Of a stretch of DNA of 64,000 bases, positions 37,642 through 46,985 are shown in pieces. Within the stretch, counting starts at the first letter, position 1. The number at the start of each line of letters is the position of its first letter. The notes below the pieces were generated by a model. It saw only the letters and a program-made list of their open reading frames with translations. It searched no databases and was not told the origin of the DNA. The stretch lies in the NCBI GenBank assembly GCA_965237675.1, contig OZ250150.1, positions 836,339 through 900,338 on the forward strand, given 5' to 3'. Both the position numbers and the translations under genes were made by a program. The DNA is from Candidatus Latescibacterota bacterium (GTDB lineage Bacteria; Latescibacterota; UBA2968; GCA-2709665).

Positions 37642-39276
37642 ATGAACGTTGCAGACGTGGTGGCCCATATATTGAAGGCAGAGGGCGTGGAATATTTATT
37701 CGCTTATCCGGTAAATCCGCTCATCGAGGCCGCGGCGAAGGTGGACATCCGGCCGATTCTCGTCCGCCAGGAACGGATTGGCCTTCATATGGCCGATGCG
37801 TTGAGCCGCATGACATCGGGAAAACAGATCGGCGTCTTCTGTATGCAGAGCGGTCCGGGGTCGGAGAATGCGTTCGGCGGTGTCGCCCAGGCATATGGGG
37901 ATTCGGCGCCGATCCTGGTGCTACCGATGGGTTATTCCAGGAAGCTGACCAATGTCCAGCCGAATTTCAACTCCGCGCTGAATTACCGGCATGTCACGAA
38001 GCTTTCCGAACAGGTCATCCTTCCGGAGACCGTTCCGGAGGTCATGCGACGGGCATTTACGCAGGTTCGAAACGGACGCCCCCGTCCTGTGCTGGTGGAG
38101 TTTCCAACCGACGTTTTCGACGAGGAGGTCCCCGGACCGTTTGACTACCGTCCCGTTCCTGCATTGAGAACCGGTCCCGATCCGGACGCGGTTACCGTGG
38201 CGGCAACCATGTTGCTGGACGCGCAGAGGCCCGTAATTTACGCGGGGCAGGGCGTCCACTACGCCGAGGCGTGGGAGTCCCTGCGGGATCTCGCGGAACT
38301 CCTTGAGGCGCCGGTCACCACCAGTCTCGGCGGGAAGAGCGCGTTTCCGGAGAACCATCCGCTTTCTCTTGGCTCCGGCGGCAGGTCCATTCCGGGCACG
38401 GTTCACCGGTTCCTGCAAGAGTCGGATCTGATTTTCGGGATCGGCTGCAGTTTCTCGCGCACCCATTTCGGGGTGTCCATCCCCGAGGGCAAGACGGTTG
38501 TCCATGCGACACTGGATGCGGGGGACATCAACAAGGACGTGGAAGTCGAGCACGCCCTGCTGGGGGATGCAAAGCTCATCCTGGAAGCCGTGACGGCGGA
38601 GATTCGAGAACGGCTGGGCGGCCGGCCACGTGGACGGACGGAACAGGTGGCGCGGGAGATTGCCGCGGTCAAACGCGAGTGGCTCTCTCACTGGATGCCG
38701 AAACTGACGCTGGACGAGGCGCCGCTATCGCCGTATCGGGTAATTCGGGACCTGATGCGGACGGTGGACGTGCCCAATACGATCATCACCCACGATGCCG
38801 GCAGCCCGAGAGATCAGCTTTCTCCGTTCTGGGAATCGCAGACGCCGCTCTCCTACATCGGCTGGGGAAAGACGACCCAACTCGGCTACGGGCTGGGTCT
38901 GGCGATGGGCGCCAAGCTCGCCAGACCGGACAAGCTCTGTATAAACGTATGGGGCGATGCCGCTATCGGATTTACAGGTATGGATTTTGAAACGGCGGTT
39001 CGCGAGCGGATTCCAATTCTCTCGGTACTATTCAACAATTTCAGTATGGCCATCGAACTGCCGGTGATGCCCGTCTCCACGGAAAAATACCGCAGCACGG
39101 ATATTTCCGGGCACTATGCGGACATGGCGAAGGCATTCGGAGGCTACGGAGAACGCGTGGAATCCCCGGACGACATCGTGCCCGCCATCATGCGGGGAAT
39201 CCGGAAGACGGAGGAAGGCGTACCTGCGCTGCTGGAGTTCATCACGGCGAAGGAAATCGAGTTTTCGCTCTTCTGA
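37642..39276 (+). CDS. Thiamine-diphosphate-dependent enzyme (acetolactate-synthase-like family)
   Basis: 544 aa with three-domain ALS-like layout. TPP motif GDAAIGFTGMDFETAVRERIPILSVLFNN. Confidence 0.8.
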   Translation: MNVADVVAHILKAEGVEYLFAYPVNPLIEAAAKVDIRPILVRQERIGLHMADALSRMTSGKQIGVFCMQSGPGSENAFGGVAQAYGDSAPILVLPMGYSRKLTNVQPNFNSALNYRHVTKLSEQVILPETVPEVMRRAFTQVRNGRPRPVLVEFPTDVFDEEVPGPFDYRPVPALRTGPDPDAVTVAATMLLDAQRPVIYAGQGVHYAEAWESLRDLAELLEAPVTTSLGGKSAFPENHPLSLGSGGRSIPGTVHRFLQESDLIFGIGCSFSRTHFGVSIPEGKTVVHATLDAGDINKDVEVEHALLGDAKLILEAVTAEIRERLGGRPRGRTEQVAREIAAVKREWLSHWMPKLTLDEAPLSPYRVIRDLMRTVDVPNTIITHDAGSPRDQLSPFWESQTPLSYIGWGKTTQLGYGLGLAMGAKLARPDKLCINVWGDAAIGFTGMDFETAVRERIPILSVLFNNFSMAIELPVMPVSTEKYRSTDISGHYADMAKAFGGYGERVESPDDIVPAIMRGIRKTEEGVPALLEFITAKEIEFSLF

Positions 39277-39369
39277 TCGCGTCAGCTGAATCGACCACTC
39301 CTTCTCCGGCGAAACGCGAATCCGTTGCGCCTTTCAACATCGGTTACATAATCAGACAGGAGCATTTTG

Positions 39370-39912
39370 ATGGGACGTACAGGAATTTTCGCCTTGGCGG
39401 TCCTAATTGGTTTCATGCTGTCCTGTGGTGACGACAAACCCACGGAGCCGGTCCACGAAATGGTTGGGTTGTGGACCTACCAGGGATCCGAATTCAGTGC
39501 CACGGCAGCCAGAAACCTGCAGAGTTACATGGTGAATCAGGGCCTGGACCTGACGGCCGCGGTGCGCCTGGTCGCTGAATTCAGGAATGAGATGAGTAGC
39601 GGCTTCCGGGAAACGGGATTGGAGATCGTGCGATTCAATCAGGACCGAACCTACGAAGATAATTCCGGCAATTCGGGAGTCTGGTCGGTTCAGGGCGACG
39701 TCCTCACGTTGGCAGGCGAAGACGGGTTTACCATTCAATGCCAGTACTTTGTGGACGGCGAAGACCTGACGCTCCTCCTGAACAAGGAGCGGTACCTGAA
39801 CATCGTCAGGCAGGCGGAGGGTACGGTTGAGATTGACCCGGAACTACAGACGCTTCTCGATATTTTGTTTGGTGACGGAGACTCAATACGACTCTTCTAT
39901 AGGGCCGGATAG
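39370..39912 (+). CDS. Lipoprotein, function unknown
   Basis: ATG 39370 follows AGGAG. Signal peptide with lipobox FMLSC. Confidence 0.7.
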   Translation: MGRTGIFALAVLIGFMLSCGDDKPTEPVHEMVGLWTYQGSEFSATAARNLQSYMVNQGLDLTAAVRLVAEFRNEMSSGFRETGLEIVRFNQDRTYEDNSGNSGVWSVQGDVLTLAGEDGFTIQCQYFVDGEDLTLLLNKERYLNIVRQAEGTVEIDPELQTLLDILFGDGDSIRLFYRAG

Positions 39913-39986
39913 CGGGCGGAAATTTTCGTGCACCTGGCAAGTCCGGGCGCGAAGCTGATATTGCGACACAGACAGAGGGCGTCCTG

Positions 39987-40202
39987 ATGGGCCGGGTATC
40001 GGTTTTCGGCTTGGCGGTCCTTATTGGTTTCGTGATGTCCTGTGGTGACGACAAACCCACGGAGCCGGTTCACGAAGGGGTTGGATCCTGGACTTACCAG
40101 CGATCCGAATTCAGTGCCACGGCAGCGACAAACCTGCAGAATTACCTGGTGGGCCAGGGCCTAGCCTATATACCCCCTGGGCTGATCGCCCGGCGGGTAT
40201 AG
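39987..40202 (+). pseudogene. Truncated paralogue of the lipoprotein gene (homology ends at 40162)
   Basis: The first ~58 codons are near-identical to 39370-39545. Similarity stops abruptly after CAGGGCCT (40155-40162), where the accessory island begins. Confidence 0.7.
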
Positions 40203-40788
40203 GCGCATCAGTGGCGCACACAGACCCAATGGGCACCCTACTTGTTATCACTATAATGCGTTACAGCCATTAAAAGAAATCACTGTTCATGATAATCATG
40301 ATCCCGGAGAGTGGAATCAGCCTGAAATTGAAATTTACTATTACAACAATTCCGTTTCCTCGACACCTCGTTTTATTCTTGAAGATCTTAATGTAATTGA
40401 TTCATTATATACCGAATGGAGTGATGAAAGAGTCCACGGCACATGTTATAAAAAATTAGATAAGTTACAAGTTTGGGAGGCGGATACCTGGAACAGTGAT
40501 GACAATGTGGCATTTTGGACGGATACTCAGCTTAGCACAAATCGAGACATAAATCTTCTACCTGGTGACGCGGACAGTGAAGAAGATGACGCTACGGTAA
40601 AAATTCGACAAACAAATGAAAATCTGTAGTATCAAATTTGCCCAGGGGGGACCCTGTTCCCCCGGGAAGGTCCGTTCAGGAGGCGTCTCTGACGGGCTTT
40701 TAGTTGCGCTCGAAAAATTTGCGAAATCTTTCGGGCAATGGACAAGGCCCATTGGTAGGGGATTTTTTACATGAAGGGAAGGTCTTAG

Positions 40789-41625
40789 ATGGACCGATTT
40801 GCATTGTTGGAGAGAAAATTACGGTATCAGAAATGGGCGATTATTGTATTGGCCGCTTTATTTCTATTCACAAGTATTCCGGTCAAGAGCACGATTCATT
40901 CAAGGATAGTTTCTGGTAAGCCAACAGTGGCGCAAATGCCAGAAGATACGTTAAGAATTTCGGTATTAGAAATCATAAATTCAGCAGGAACGCCGGTCCT
41001 TGTTTTATCTTCTGATGTTGCCGGTAATGGCTCATTACAATGGTATGATCATCAAAAAATCCGTGTTGACGCCCTGGGGGTGGGGGATGGGGAGAATAGA
41101 CTCATAACTGAATTGACTCTCTTTGATTTTGAGGGTGATCCCGCAATTGCCCTAAATTCCAGAGAACGCACTTATGGTAGTTCGATAGGTGTGTTTAGCA
41201 AAAAAGGATTTGACGTAGAAGGAGAGTTTGCGGTCGCGGGTATGGGAAACTTGGATGGAGTTTTTGGATTTTCCACCTTTGGGGAACGGCAAGGCCGCGA
41301 CTTTTCATCAACACTTATGGGTGACTTTACTAATGAAGAAGACCCCACAAGTCTTATAGGGTCTCTCGACGATAATGAAACATTCACTGGTTTTTGGAAT
41401 CAGGGTGGAAAAGATGCACAATTTCGGGTCATGAATAGTAAAGGAAAAGCTGTTGTCTTGGCGGGTTTGGATAGTATGGGAGACGGTTATTTAAAAACCT
41501 TCGATAGTGATAGTAAACCAACCTGGGAATCAAACAGTGCGCCAGGGGATCTGGATGGTGACGGAGACGTAGATTTTAATGATTTTGTGATATTTGCCAA
41601 AATCTTTGGGTCTGGATCCAAATGA
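40789..41625 (+). CDS. Membrane-anchored or secreted protein with C-terminal dockerin-like motif
   Basis: N-terminal TM WAIIVLAALFLFTSI. C-terminus DLDGDGDVDFNDFVIFAKIFG. Followed by a terminator. Confidence 0.65.
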   Translation: MDRFALLERKLRYQKWAIIVLAALFLFTSIPVKSTIHSRIVSGKPTVAQMPEDTLRISVLEIINSAGTPVLVLSSDVAGNGSLQWYDHQKIRVDALGVGDGENRLITELTLFDFEGDPAIALNSRERTYGSSIGVFSKKGFDVEGEFAVAGMGNLDGVFGFSTFGERQGRDFSSTLMGDFTNEEDPTSLIGSLDDNETFTGFWNQGGKDAQFRVMNSKGKAVVLAGLDSMGDGYLKTFDSDSKPTWESNSAPGDLDGDGDVDFNDFVIFAKIFGSGSK

Positions 41626-41645
41626 TACCCACAACCAATTAAACA

Positions 41646-41684
41646 AGCCCGGGCGGGGCGAACCTGCCTGGGCTCTTTTATTTA
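41646..41684 (+). terminator. Rho-independent terminator
   Basis: AGCCCGGGC-N11-GCCTGGGCT followed by CTTTTATTT. Confidence 0.6.
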
Positions 41685-41789
41685 GCTTCTAAGATCGGAC
41701 AACGGCGGACCGGCCCGGGGTTTACTAAGGGAATTATAACCCAAAGTGACATGGGTTATGGTTCCTTTTTTTTGTTAAAGGAGGTTATC

Positions 41790-42047
41790 ATGAAGGTGTA
41801 CTGGTGGCAAGGCGGTGTATTTTTTCATCCTGAGTCGGACTATGATTGTGATGCTTTACTGGCGCTGACCAGGGATGTACTTCCTGTTTTTTTCAAGGGC
41901 TCGGAGGTTATTTCAATGACTGGCCTTGATGAGAAAGCGATAGATGACAATTGGATTCATAATGAGGATTCTGTTTGGAGGAAAGAGGTGGTCAAAGAGG
42001 CGGCCAAACTGGCGGCTAAGAAGGCGGCTACTCAGAATCAGGCATGA
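41790..42047 (+). CDS. Hypothetical 85-aa protein
   Basis: ATG 41790 follows AAAGGAGG. MKVYWWQGGVFFHPESDYDCD... Confidence 0.5.
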   Translation: MKVYWWQGGVFFHPESDYDCDALLALTRDVLPVFFKGSEVISMTGLDEKAIDDNWIHNEDSVWRKEVVKEAAKLAAKKAATQNQA

Positions 42048-42279
42048 GGTTGAGGTGTACGCTTGAATTCAGGTATAGCGGACAGATCAGTACTCTGTCA
42101 ACGTCTTCGTCGAAGTGATGTTCGATGAGATTATATACTTCGCGGGCGGTTTTGATGGGCGTCTGTATCACCCACTGAGATCGAAGAACTCGTTTGGCTC
42201 CTAATTCTTCGAGTTCTTTGTTTAGTGCTGGTCGGTCTCTGTAATCTGATCTCAGGTCATAGCTTATGAGGAATTTCAT
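42028..42279 (-). CDS. Small protein with Cas2/VapD-like N-terminal strand (MKFLISYDL...)
   Basis: 83 aa. MKFLISYDLRSDYRDRPALNKELEELGAKRVLRSQWVI resembles the ferredoxin-fold start of Cas2-like proteins. No CRISPR or cas genes nearby. Confidence 0.4.
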   Translation of the reverse strand: MKFLISYDLRSDYRDRPALNKELEELGAKRVLRSQWVIQTPIKTAREVYNLIEHHFDEDVDRVLICPLYLNSSVHLNLMPDSE

Positions 42280-42397
42280 GGTGCGTCGTCCTTCCGGAAG
42301 GGTGGATTCCTTACAAATAAGTTACATTTTGTCCTTGACAGACAACCTTTAAATCGTTATCTTTAAAGTAGATAAAGCGATTTAAAGGGGGCTTGAG

Positions 42398-43351
42398 ATG
42401 GGACAGAAAGGACCAGAGGGACCGGGGAAAAACTACCGGAAGGGTATTTCCCTGAAGAAGCTGTTCAAGATGTTTCCGGACGACGAGACGGCGCGTATGT
42501 GGTTCGAGAAGGCGAGGTGGCCTGATGGTCCTCAGTGTCCATATTGTCGTTCTCATAACGTCCAGTCGAACGTCAGGCACAAGACCATGACCCACAGATG
42601 CCGGGATTGCGAAAAGAAGCCGTTCTTTTCCGTGAAGGTTGGTACGGTGATGCAGTCCTCGAAGTTGGGGTACCAAACGTGGGCGATTGCAATTTACCTT
42701 TTCACGACGAATATCAAAGGCGTTTCGTCAATGAAGCTTCACAGGGATCTGGATATTGCCCAGAAGAATGCATGGCACCTTGCGCATCGTATCAGAAAGG
42801 CGTATGATAATGCAGGGGACTTCTTCTCCGGCCCCGTAGAGGTCGACGAGACGTATATCGGCGGGAAGGAGAAGAACAAGCATGTGTCGAAGAAGCTGAG
42901 GGCGGGGCGCGGTACCGTTGGCAAGACGGCGGTGGTAGGGGCGAAGGACCGGGAGACGGGCCGTATTGACGCTGAGGTTGCTGCGGCTGTTGACGGCAAG
43001 ACGCTGAAGCAGTTTGTGTACGACAGGGTGGAACCTGGCGCGAAGGTGTTTACGGACGAGGCAACAGCGTACCAGGGGTTGTCAGGCGTTCACCACAAGC
43101 AGGTGAAGCACAGTGTGGGGGAGTACGTGAACGGCCAGGCATCCACGAATGGTATGGAAAGTTTCTGGAGTTTGCTTAAGCGGTCGTACCACGGAGTCTA
43201 CCATCACCTGAGCGTGAAGCACCTGAATCGGTACATTTCTGAGTTCGCAGGCCGCCACAATGCCCGCGAGGCCGATACCATTGTCCAGATGGCGTGGATC
43301 GCCAGGGACATGGTCGGCAAGCGGCTTAAATACGAGGAGTTGGTGGGATAA
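42398..43351 (+). CDS. IS1595-family transposase
   Basis: N-terminal zinc ribbon CPYCRSHN...HRCRDCEKK, then VEVDETYIGGKEKNKH and a DDE region. Inverted repeats could not be defined by eye. Confidence 0.8.
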   Translation: MGQKGPEGPGKNYRKGISLKKLFKMFPDDETARMWFEKARWPDGPQCPYCRSHNVQSNVRHKTMTHRCRDCEKKPFFSVKVGTVMQSSKLGYQTWAIAIYLFTTNIKGVSSMKLHRDLDIAQKNAWHLAHRIRKAYDNAGDFFSGPVEVDETYIGGKEKNKHVSKKLRAGRGTVGKTAVVGAKDRETGRIDAEVAAAVDGKTLKQFVYDRVEPGAKVFTDEATAYQGLSGVHHKQVKHSVGEYVNGQASTNGMESFWSLLKRSYHGVYHHLSVKHLNRYISEFAGRHNAREADTIVQMAWIARDMVGKRLKYEELVG

Positions 43352-43353
43352 GG

Positions 43354-43388
43354 AAAAGCCACCTTTTGTAGGTGAAAAGGTGGCTTTT
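43354..43388. terminator. Bidirectional hairpin terminator between convergent genes
   Basis: AAAAGCCACCTTTT-GTAGGTG-AAAAGGTGGCTTTT. Confidence 0.7.
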
Positions 43389-43416
43389 GCAAGATCCCTA
43401 CTCTATTGTTTGTTCG

Positions 43417-44034
43417 TTAATGGGGTTTTGTTATTCCTCTAAAAGCTGCGCTCAAGTAAAATACTCCGGATATTGTAGCATATTGGAGTTGTTGCCAAAA
43501 CGTAGGTGAACTTACATGAGAATTGGTTCTTGATCGCAATGGGAAGAGTACTATCTTTTTAGCGGCTTGATATGCTAAAAGCGACGATACGAAAATGGTA
43601 GAGCAAAAGATCGAAGTCTTAATAACGTGTAACTTCATTTGCATAATCGTATTATCATACGTATCCAACAAGAGGTCTTGATTCTCAGTTGACAAGTCAC
43701 TTGATTTCTGTTGCAATAATTCCTTCAGTTCTACTGTAGCCTCACGTTCTTCTTTATATGAAGCAAGACCGTTAAAAAACGATATTTTTGCGGCTTCTTG
43801 ATTGACAATTTGAATAAGGCTCATTACTAAGCTATAAGCCTCATGATTTACTGTTACAGATACGTCTTCCGACCATTTTCGTGTTAATTCAGATTCAAGT
43901 TTGGCTAAATTATGTCGAAGTCGGTCAATACAATAATCACGCCATAGGGTCAAATAGCCTACGACAACGAAGAGTATTGCAAAAGCTGTCTTAATGACAT
44001 CGAACGTCATATCTGTTTGATTCATTGAGTTCAC
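43417..44034 (-). CDS. Hypothetical membrane protein (205 aa)
   Basis: AT-rich ORF with TM segments near both ends. No recognised domain. Confidence 0.5.
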   Translation of the reverse strand: MNSMNQTDMTFDVIKTAFAILFVVVGYLTLWRDYCIDRLRHNLAKLESELTRKWSEDVSVTVNHEAYSLVMSLIQIVNQEAAKISFFNGLASYKEEREATVELKELLQQKSSDLSTENQDLLLDTYDNTIMQMKLHVIKTSIFCSTIFVSSLLAYQAAKKIVLFPLRSRTNSHVSSPTFWQQLQYATISGVFYLSAAFRGITKPH

Positions 44035-44037
44035 CGT

Positions 44038-44259
44038 TTAATTCTTAATGCGTTCTTTTTCTCTTTTACGCAGGCCTCTTTGAAGTAATCCGTAGATTGC
44101 GCCACAGAGTGCCGGTACGGTGCAGGCTAACCAGCGAGTTAAATTCGCTTCCAGACTCGCCAAAAGTTGAAGATGGATCTCGGTCTCAACGCTCCTAAAG
44201 ACCATATATGTGCAAAAGCAAACAGTAAAGCAGATCACTATGCATCTAAGGTCACTCAA
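44038..44259 (-). CDS. Small two-TM membrane protein (73 aa)
   Basis: Lies 3 nt upstream of the 205-aa ORF. Hydrophobic segments IVICFTVCFCTYMVF and ACTVPALCGAIYGLL. Confidence 0.45.
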   Translation of the reverse strand: MSDLRCIVICFTVCFCTYMVFRSVETEIHLQLLASLEANLTRWLACTVPALCGAIYGLLQRGLRKREKERIKN

Positions 44260-44478
44260 CGTAACGCCTCCTTACTCGTCTTATGTGGCAAATTTAACAA
44301 AAAGACCTGACGAGTCAAGGAATAATTCGAAGGTTCCTGCTTATTCACCTATGGAGGTTGTTATATTGGGCCGCCCGCCCGACATTACGGAATTGCATAG
44401 ACAACAGACGGCGGGAATATAACATTTCCGATTGACAAGATGCAAGAAATTTCTGGATTATTTCACAGGGGGCATAGC

Positions 44479-44658
44479 ATGGACAAGGCGAGAAAGCCAC
44501 GGATGGAGATTATGCAGATGATTGAGCGTGTGAGGGACGGCGAGGATGCCGAGGAGGTCATTGCGGGAAGGAAGCCGGGGAAGGAGAAAAACGGCGATCC
44601 TGACGGCCTGGACGAACGCCTGGAGCGGTTTCTGGGGGACTTTCGTAGAATGCGGTAG
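44479..44658 (+). CDS. Possible small charged protein (59 aa)
   Basis: ATG 44479 follows AGGGGG. MDKARKPRMEIMQMIERVRDGEDAEE... Confidence 0.3.
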   Translation: MDKARKPRMEIMQMIERVRDGEDAEEVIAGRKPGKEKNGDPDGLDERLERFLGDFRRMR

Positions 44659-44660
44659 GT

Positions 44661-45278
44661 TTAAACTACGGGGCGTTTAGACAGGTCTAATGTAGTGGGT
44701 AGTCTCATGGGTGTTAGGTCATCCTCACGTGAATTTAAAAAAGTAATAGATTTGTAATAATCGTCCAATGGGATAAACACGCCATTTTGCTCTACCCAAG
44801 CTCGCATTGCACGATGGCAGCTTTGAATCCAAGACAGGAGTTCAATCTTCCAACCCATATTATGTATTCGTTCAATATTACGATAAAAACCATGTCCCTC
44901 GGAATATCCGGCACCGTCACCTGTTAATACTACCATAGTACTTGGGGCGTGATCGGCGGCATCCTCCAGCATACGCAACTGTAAATATTGGTCGGTTGTC
45001 TCCTGTTCTCCACTTTCACGAGAACCTCGGTCATATAAATGAACCTTGATGCCCTGATTTTCTAGGCTATTCCATAACTGTCGCATTTCAGGTGGAATAG
45101 AACCGGCTGCCCATGCTTTTTCCACTGGCCTATCGGCATGCGCCAATCGAAACAAATTTTCAAATTTCAAGCGTACGCGATAATATGAGGCAGGTTCATT
45201 ACCGTTCTTGATCTCTGCCAATTGTTGCACTTGATAGAAAATATTGGAGTTGTCCCAATAAATAAACACTTTGTCCAT
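44661..45278 (-). CDS. NYN/LabA-like (PIN-fold) domain protein
   Basis: MDKVFIYWDNSNIFY...VVLTGDGAGY pattern of NYN-domain ribonucleases. Confidence 0.65.
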   Translation of the reverse strand: MDKVFIYWDNSNIFYQVQQLAEIKNGNEPASYYRVRLKFENLFRLAHADRPVEKAWAAGSIPPEMRQLWNSLENQGIKVHLYDRGSRESGEQETTDQYLQLRMLEDAADHAPSTMVVLTGDGAGYSEGHGFYRNIERIHNMGWKIELLSWIQSCHRAMRAWVEQNGVFIPLDDYYKSITFLNSREDDLTPMRLPTTLDLSKRPVV

Positions 45279-45368
45279 TGTATGCTCCTTTCGGGTGGCA
45301 AAATACAAAAGTGCGCCGCGTATGTCAATACGCGCGGCGAAAAAAGATAATTGACTTGGGAGGTCGCA

Positions 45369-45485
45369 ATGGGTTCCGAGGAATCAAAGCCGAAGCGGAA
45401 GGCAAGGGCCGCGAAGACTGAGTATCAGCCTGCGGAAGAATCTGTGAGTCCGGAGGATGTGGCGCAGGCATTGTTTCCCGGATGA
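45369..45485 (+). CDS. Small ORF (38 aa), paralogous to 46312-46491
   Basis: MGSEESKPKRKARAAKTEYQPAEESVSPEDVAQALFPG shares K-rich...(T/S)EYQP(A/T)(E/K)E...SPE(D/E) with the 59-aa ORF. Confidence 0.35.
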   Translation: MGSEESKPKRKARAAKTEYQPAEESVSPEDVAQALFPG

Positions 45486-45530
45486 TCCGCCACTGGTGGA
45501 ATCCGGCAAGGGAAAAGAGACAAAGAAGGC

Positions 45531-45977
45531 ATGGAAGGCGTGGCTGAAGCGTTAGCGGGAGCGGCGAGTGTCTATCGAAAGAACGGTATGAGAATACTTC
45601 CTCGGATGCTGGACGTTAAGCAGATTGGACACGGTGAAGAATATACGATTTCTTGTGTGGACTGCCGCACAATACTCTTTGATTCCACTAAGTCCGGGCC
45701 AGTCAATAGCGTGGGCATCTTGGTTCGCGCACCTTGCGATTGTGATCCCGACAAAGAGAAAGAAGAGTCGCCAGAAAAACAAAACAAAAGACTCACAATG
45801 CCGGTGGTCGTCCTTTTGATTTTCGTGATGCTGTTTCTCTCGTATGGTGTATACGTGTCGCACAATAGATATTACGTCGTAAAGTCAGGACAACACACCG
45901 CGTACAAGGTGGATCGTTTCACCGGCGAAGCGTGGTTTCTTGCCCCGCACCCAAACAGGACGCGAAAAATCAAGTAA
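45531..45977 (+). CDS. Hypothetical single-TM protein (148 aa)
   Basis: CxxC...CDC cysteines, then TM MPVVVLLIFVMLFLSYGVYV. Confidence 0.45.
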   Translation: MEGVAEALAGAASVYRKNGMRILPRMLDVKQIGHGEEYTISCVDCRTILFDSTKSGPVNSVGILVRAPCDCDPDKEKEESPEKQNKRLTMPVVVLLIFVMLFLSYGVYVSHNRYYVVKSGQHTAYKVDRFTGEAWFLAPHPNRTRKIK

Positions 45978-46004
45978 TACCTATGTACGCATCTTCTGTT
46001 TACC

Positions 46005-46310
46005 TTGTTACAAGGATCGGCAAGAGTGAAATACATACCCATCATAATGTCAATTGGTGTTACTTTAGTTGCGGGTATCATACAATTGTGGATAATGGTG
46101 TCGGTGCTTGCGGATTGGATCGGGAGCATGATACTTGCGTTGATTATCGCATTCATGTGTACGTGGGCTGTTCCACTTCCGTGGTTTGTGTTTACGTATT
46201 GGATTCTTGAGGGGCACTTCCTGTGGGTTTATATGGTCGCCTGGGTGGTTGGTTGGGGGGCGCAAATATTCTTGGGAATCTTGGTAAACCGGTTCAGAAG
46301 CGGAGGTTGA
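46005..46310 (+). CDS. Small multi-TM membrane protein (about 100 aa)
   Basis: Three hydrophobic helices. The next ORF starts 1 nt after its stop, with a GGAGG RBS. Confidence 0.45.
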   Translation: MLQGSARVKYIPIIMSIGVTLVAGIIQLWIMVSVLADWIGSMILALIIAFMCTWAVPLPWFVFTYWILEGHFLWVYMVAWVVGWGAQIFLGILVNRFRSGG

Positions 46311-46311
46311 A

Positions 46312-46491
46312 ATGAGCGCTAACGATGATCGGAAGAAGAAACCGGTTGTGGAGGTAGCGAGGAGCGAGTATCAGCCTACGAAGGAGGAGATGGAGGAGGA
46401 GGTGGTGATTGACGCCAGCCCGGAGGAATTGCTACGGGTAGTCGTGCGGGAGGTGGACTTGAAGCTGATTAATCCGAAGAAGGAAGATTGA
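46312..46491 (+). CDS. Small ORF (59 aa), KK-rich/EYQP/SPEEL motif
   Basis: GGAGG lies 5 nt upstream. MSANDDRKKKPVVEVARSEYQPTKEEMEEEVVIDASPEELLRVV... Confidence 0.45.
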   Translation: MSANDDRKKKPVVEVARSEYQPTKEEMEEEVVIDASPEELLRVVVREVDLKLINPKKED

Positions 46492-46495
46492 GGGA

Positions 46496-46786
46496 TTAGT
46501 CTTTCTCCAACTGATTGCCGCAATGATAGCAGAAGCCGGTATAGTTGAGGTGTTCGTCCAGATAATCATGCTTCATGGACTCTATGTCTTCATCAGGAAT
46601 TACGTCAATGTCATATTTATCACTGAGGTTTTCTCTTAGCGTGTCTTCCTTGAATATATCTTCAGGGCATCTTGCGCATTGTACGACAGCGCCCAATTCA
46701 CCATACATCAGGTCGGCGTCGGCACCACCTTTTTGCGCGATTTCCAAAAATTCTTCGTACGTATCAGGCAAGAATCCATTTTCCAT
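46496..46786 (-). CDS. Hypothetical 96-aa protein with CxxC...CxxC
   Basis: VQCARCPE...FCYHCGNQ suggests a zinc ribbon. Confidence 0.45.
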   Translation of the reverse strand: MENGFLPDTYEEFLEIAQKGGADADLMYGELGAVVQCARCPEDIFKEDTLRENLSDKYDIDVIPDEDIESMKHDYLDEHLNYTGFCYHCGNQLEKD

Positions 46787-46985
46787 GTCTGTCTCCCGGT
46801 TGTCTTTGTGATGAGTTTTCTGTTTCTGGAAAAGTACGTGATGCAGTCCATTTTGTCAATCGTAAATATATAAATAAACGTCAGCGCGGCGTAATGTCAC
46901 TTTCGGTAATAATTCCCTTTACTAAGGTTTGTGCCTGGTTGCCCGGCACAGGGCTTAGAAGATGTCTCAGGGTTGCTTTACTGCC

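Noticed and set aside
42300-43420. Defining the full IS1595-family element with terminal inverted repeats.
   Set aside because: I could not find matching inverted repeats between 42300-42397 and 43352-43450 by eye. Only the transposase CDS is reported.
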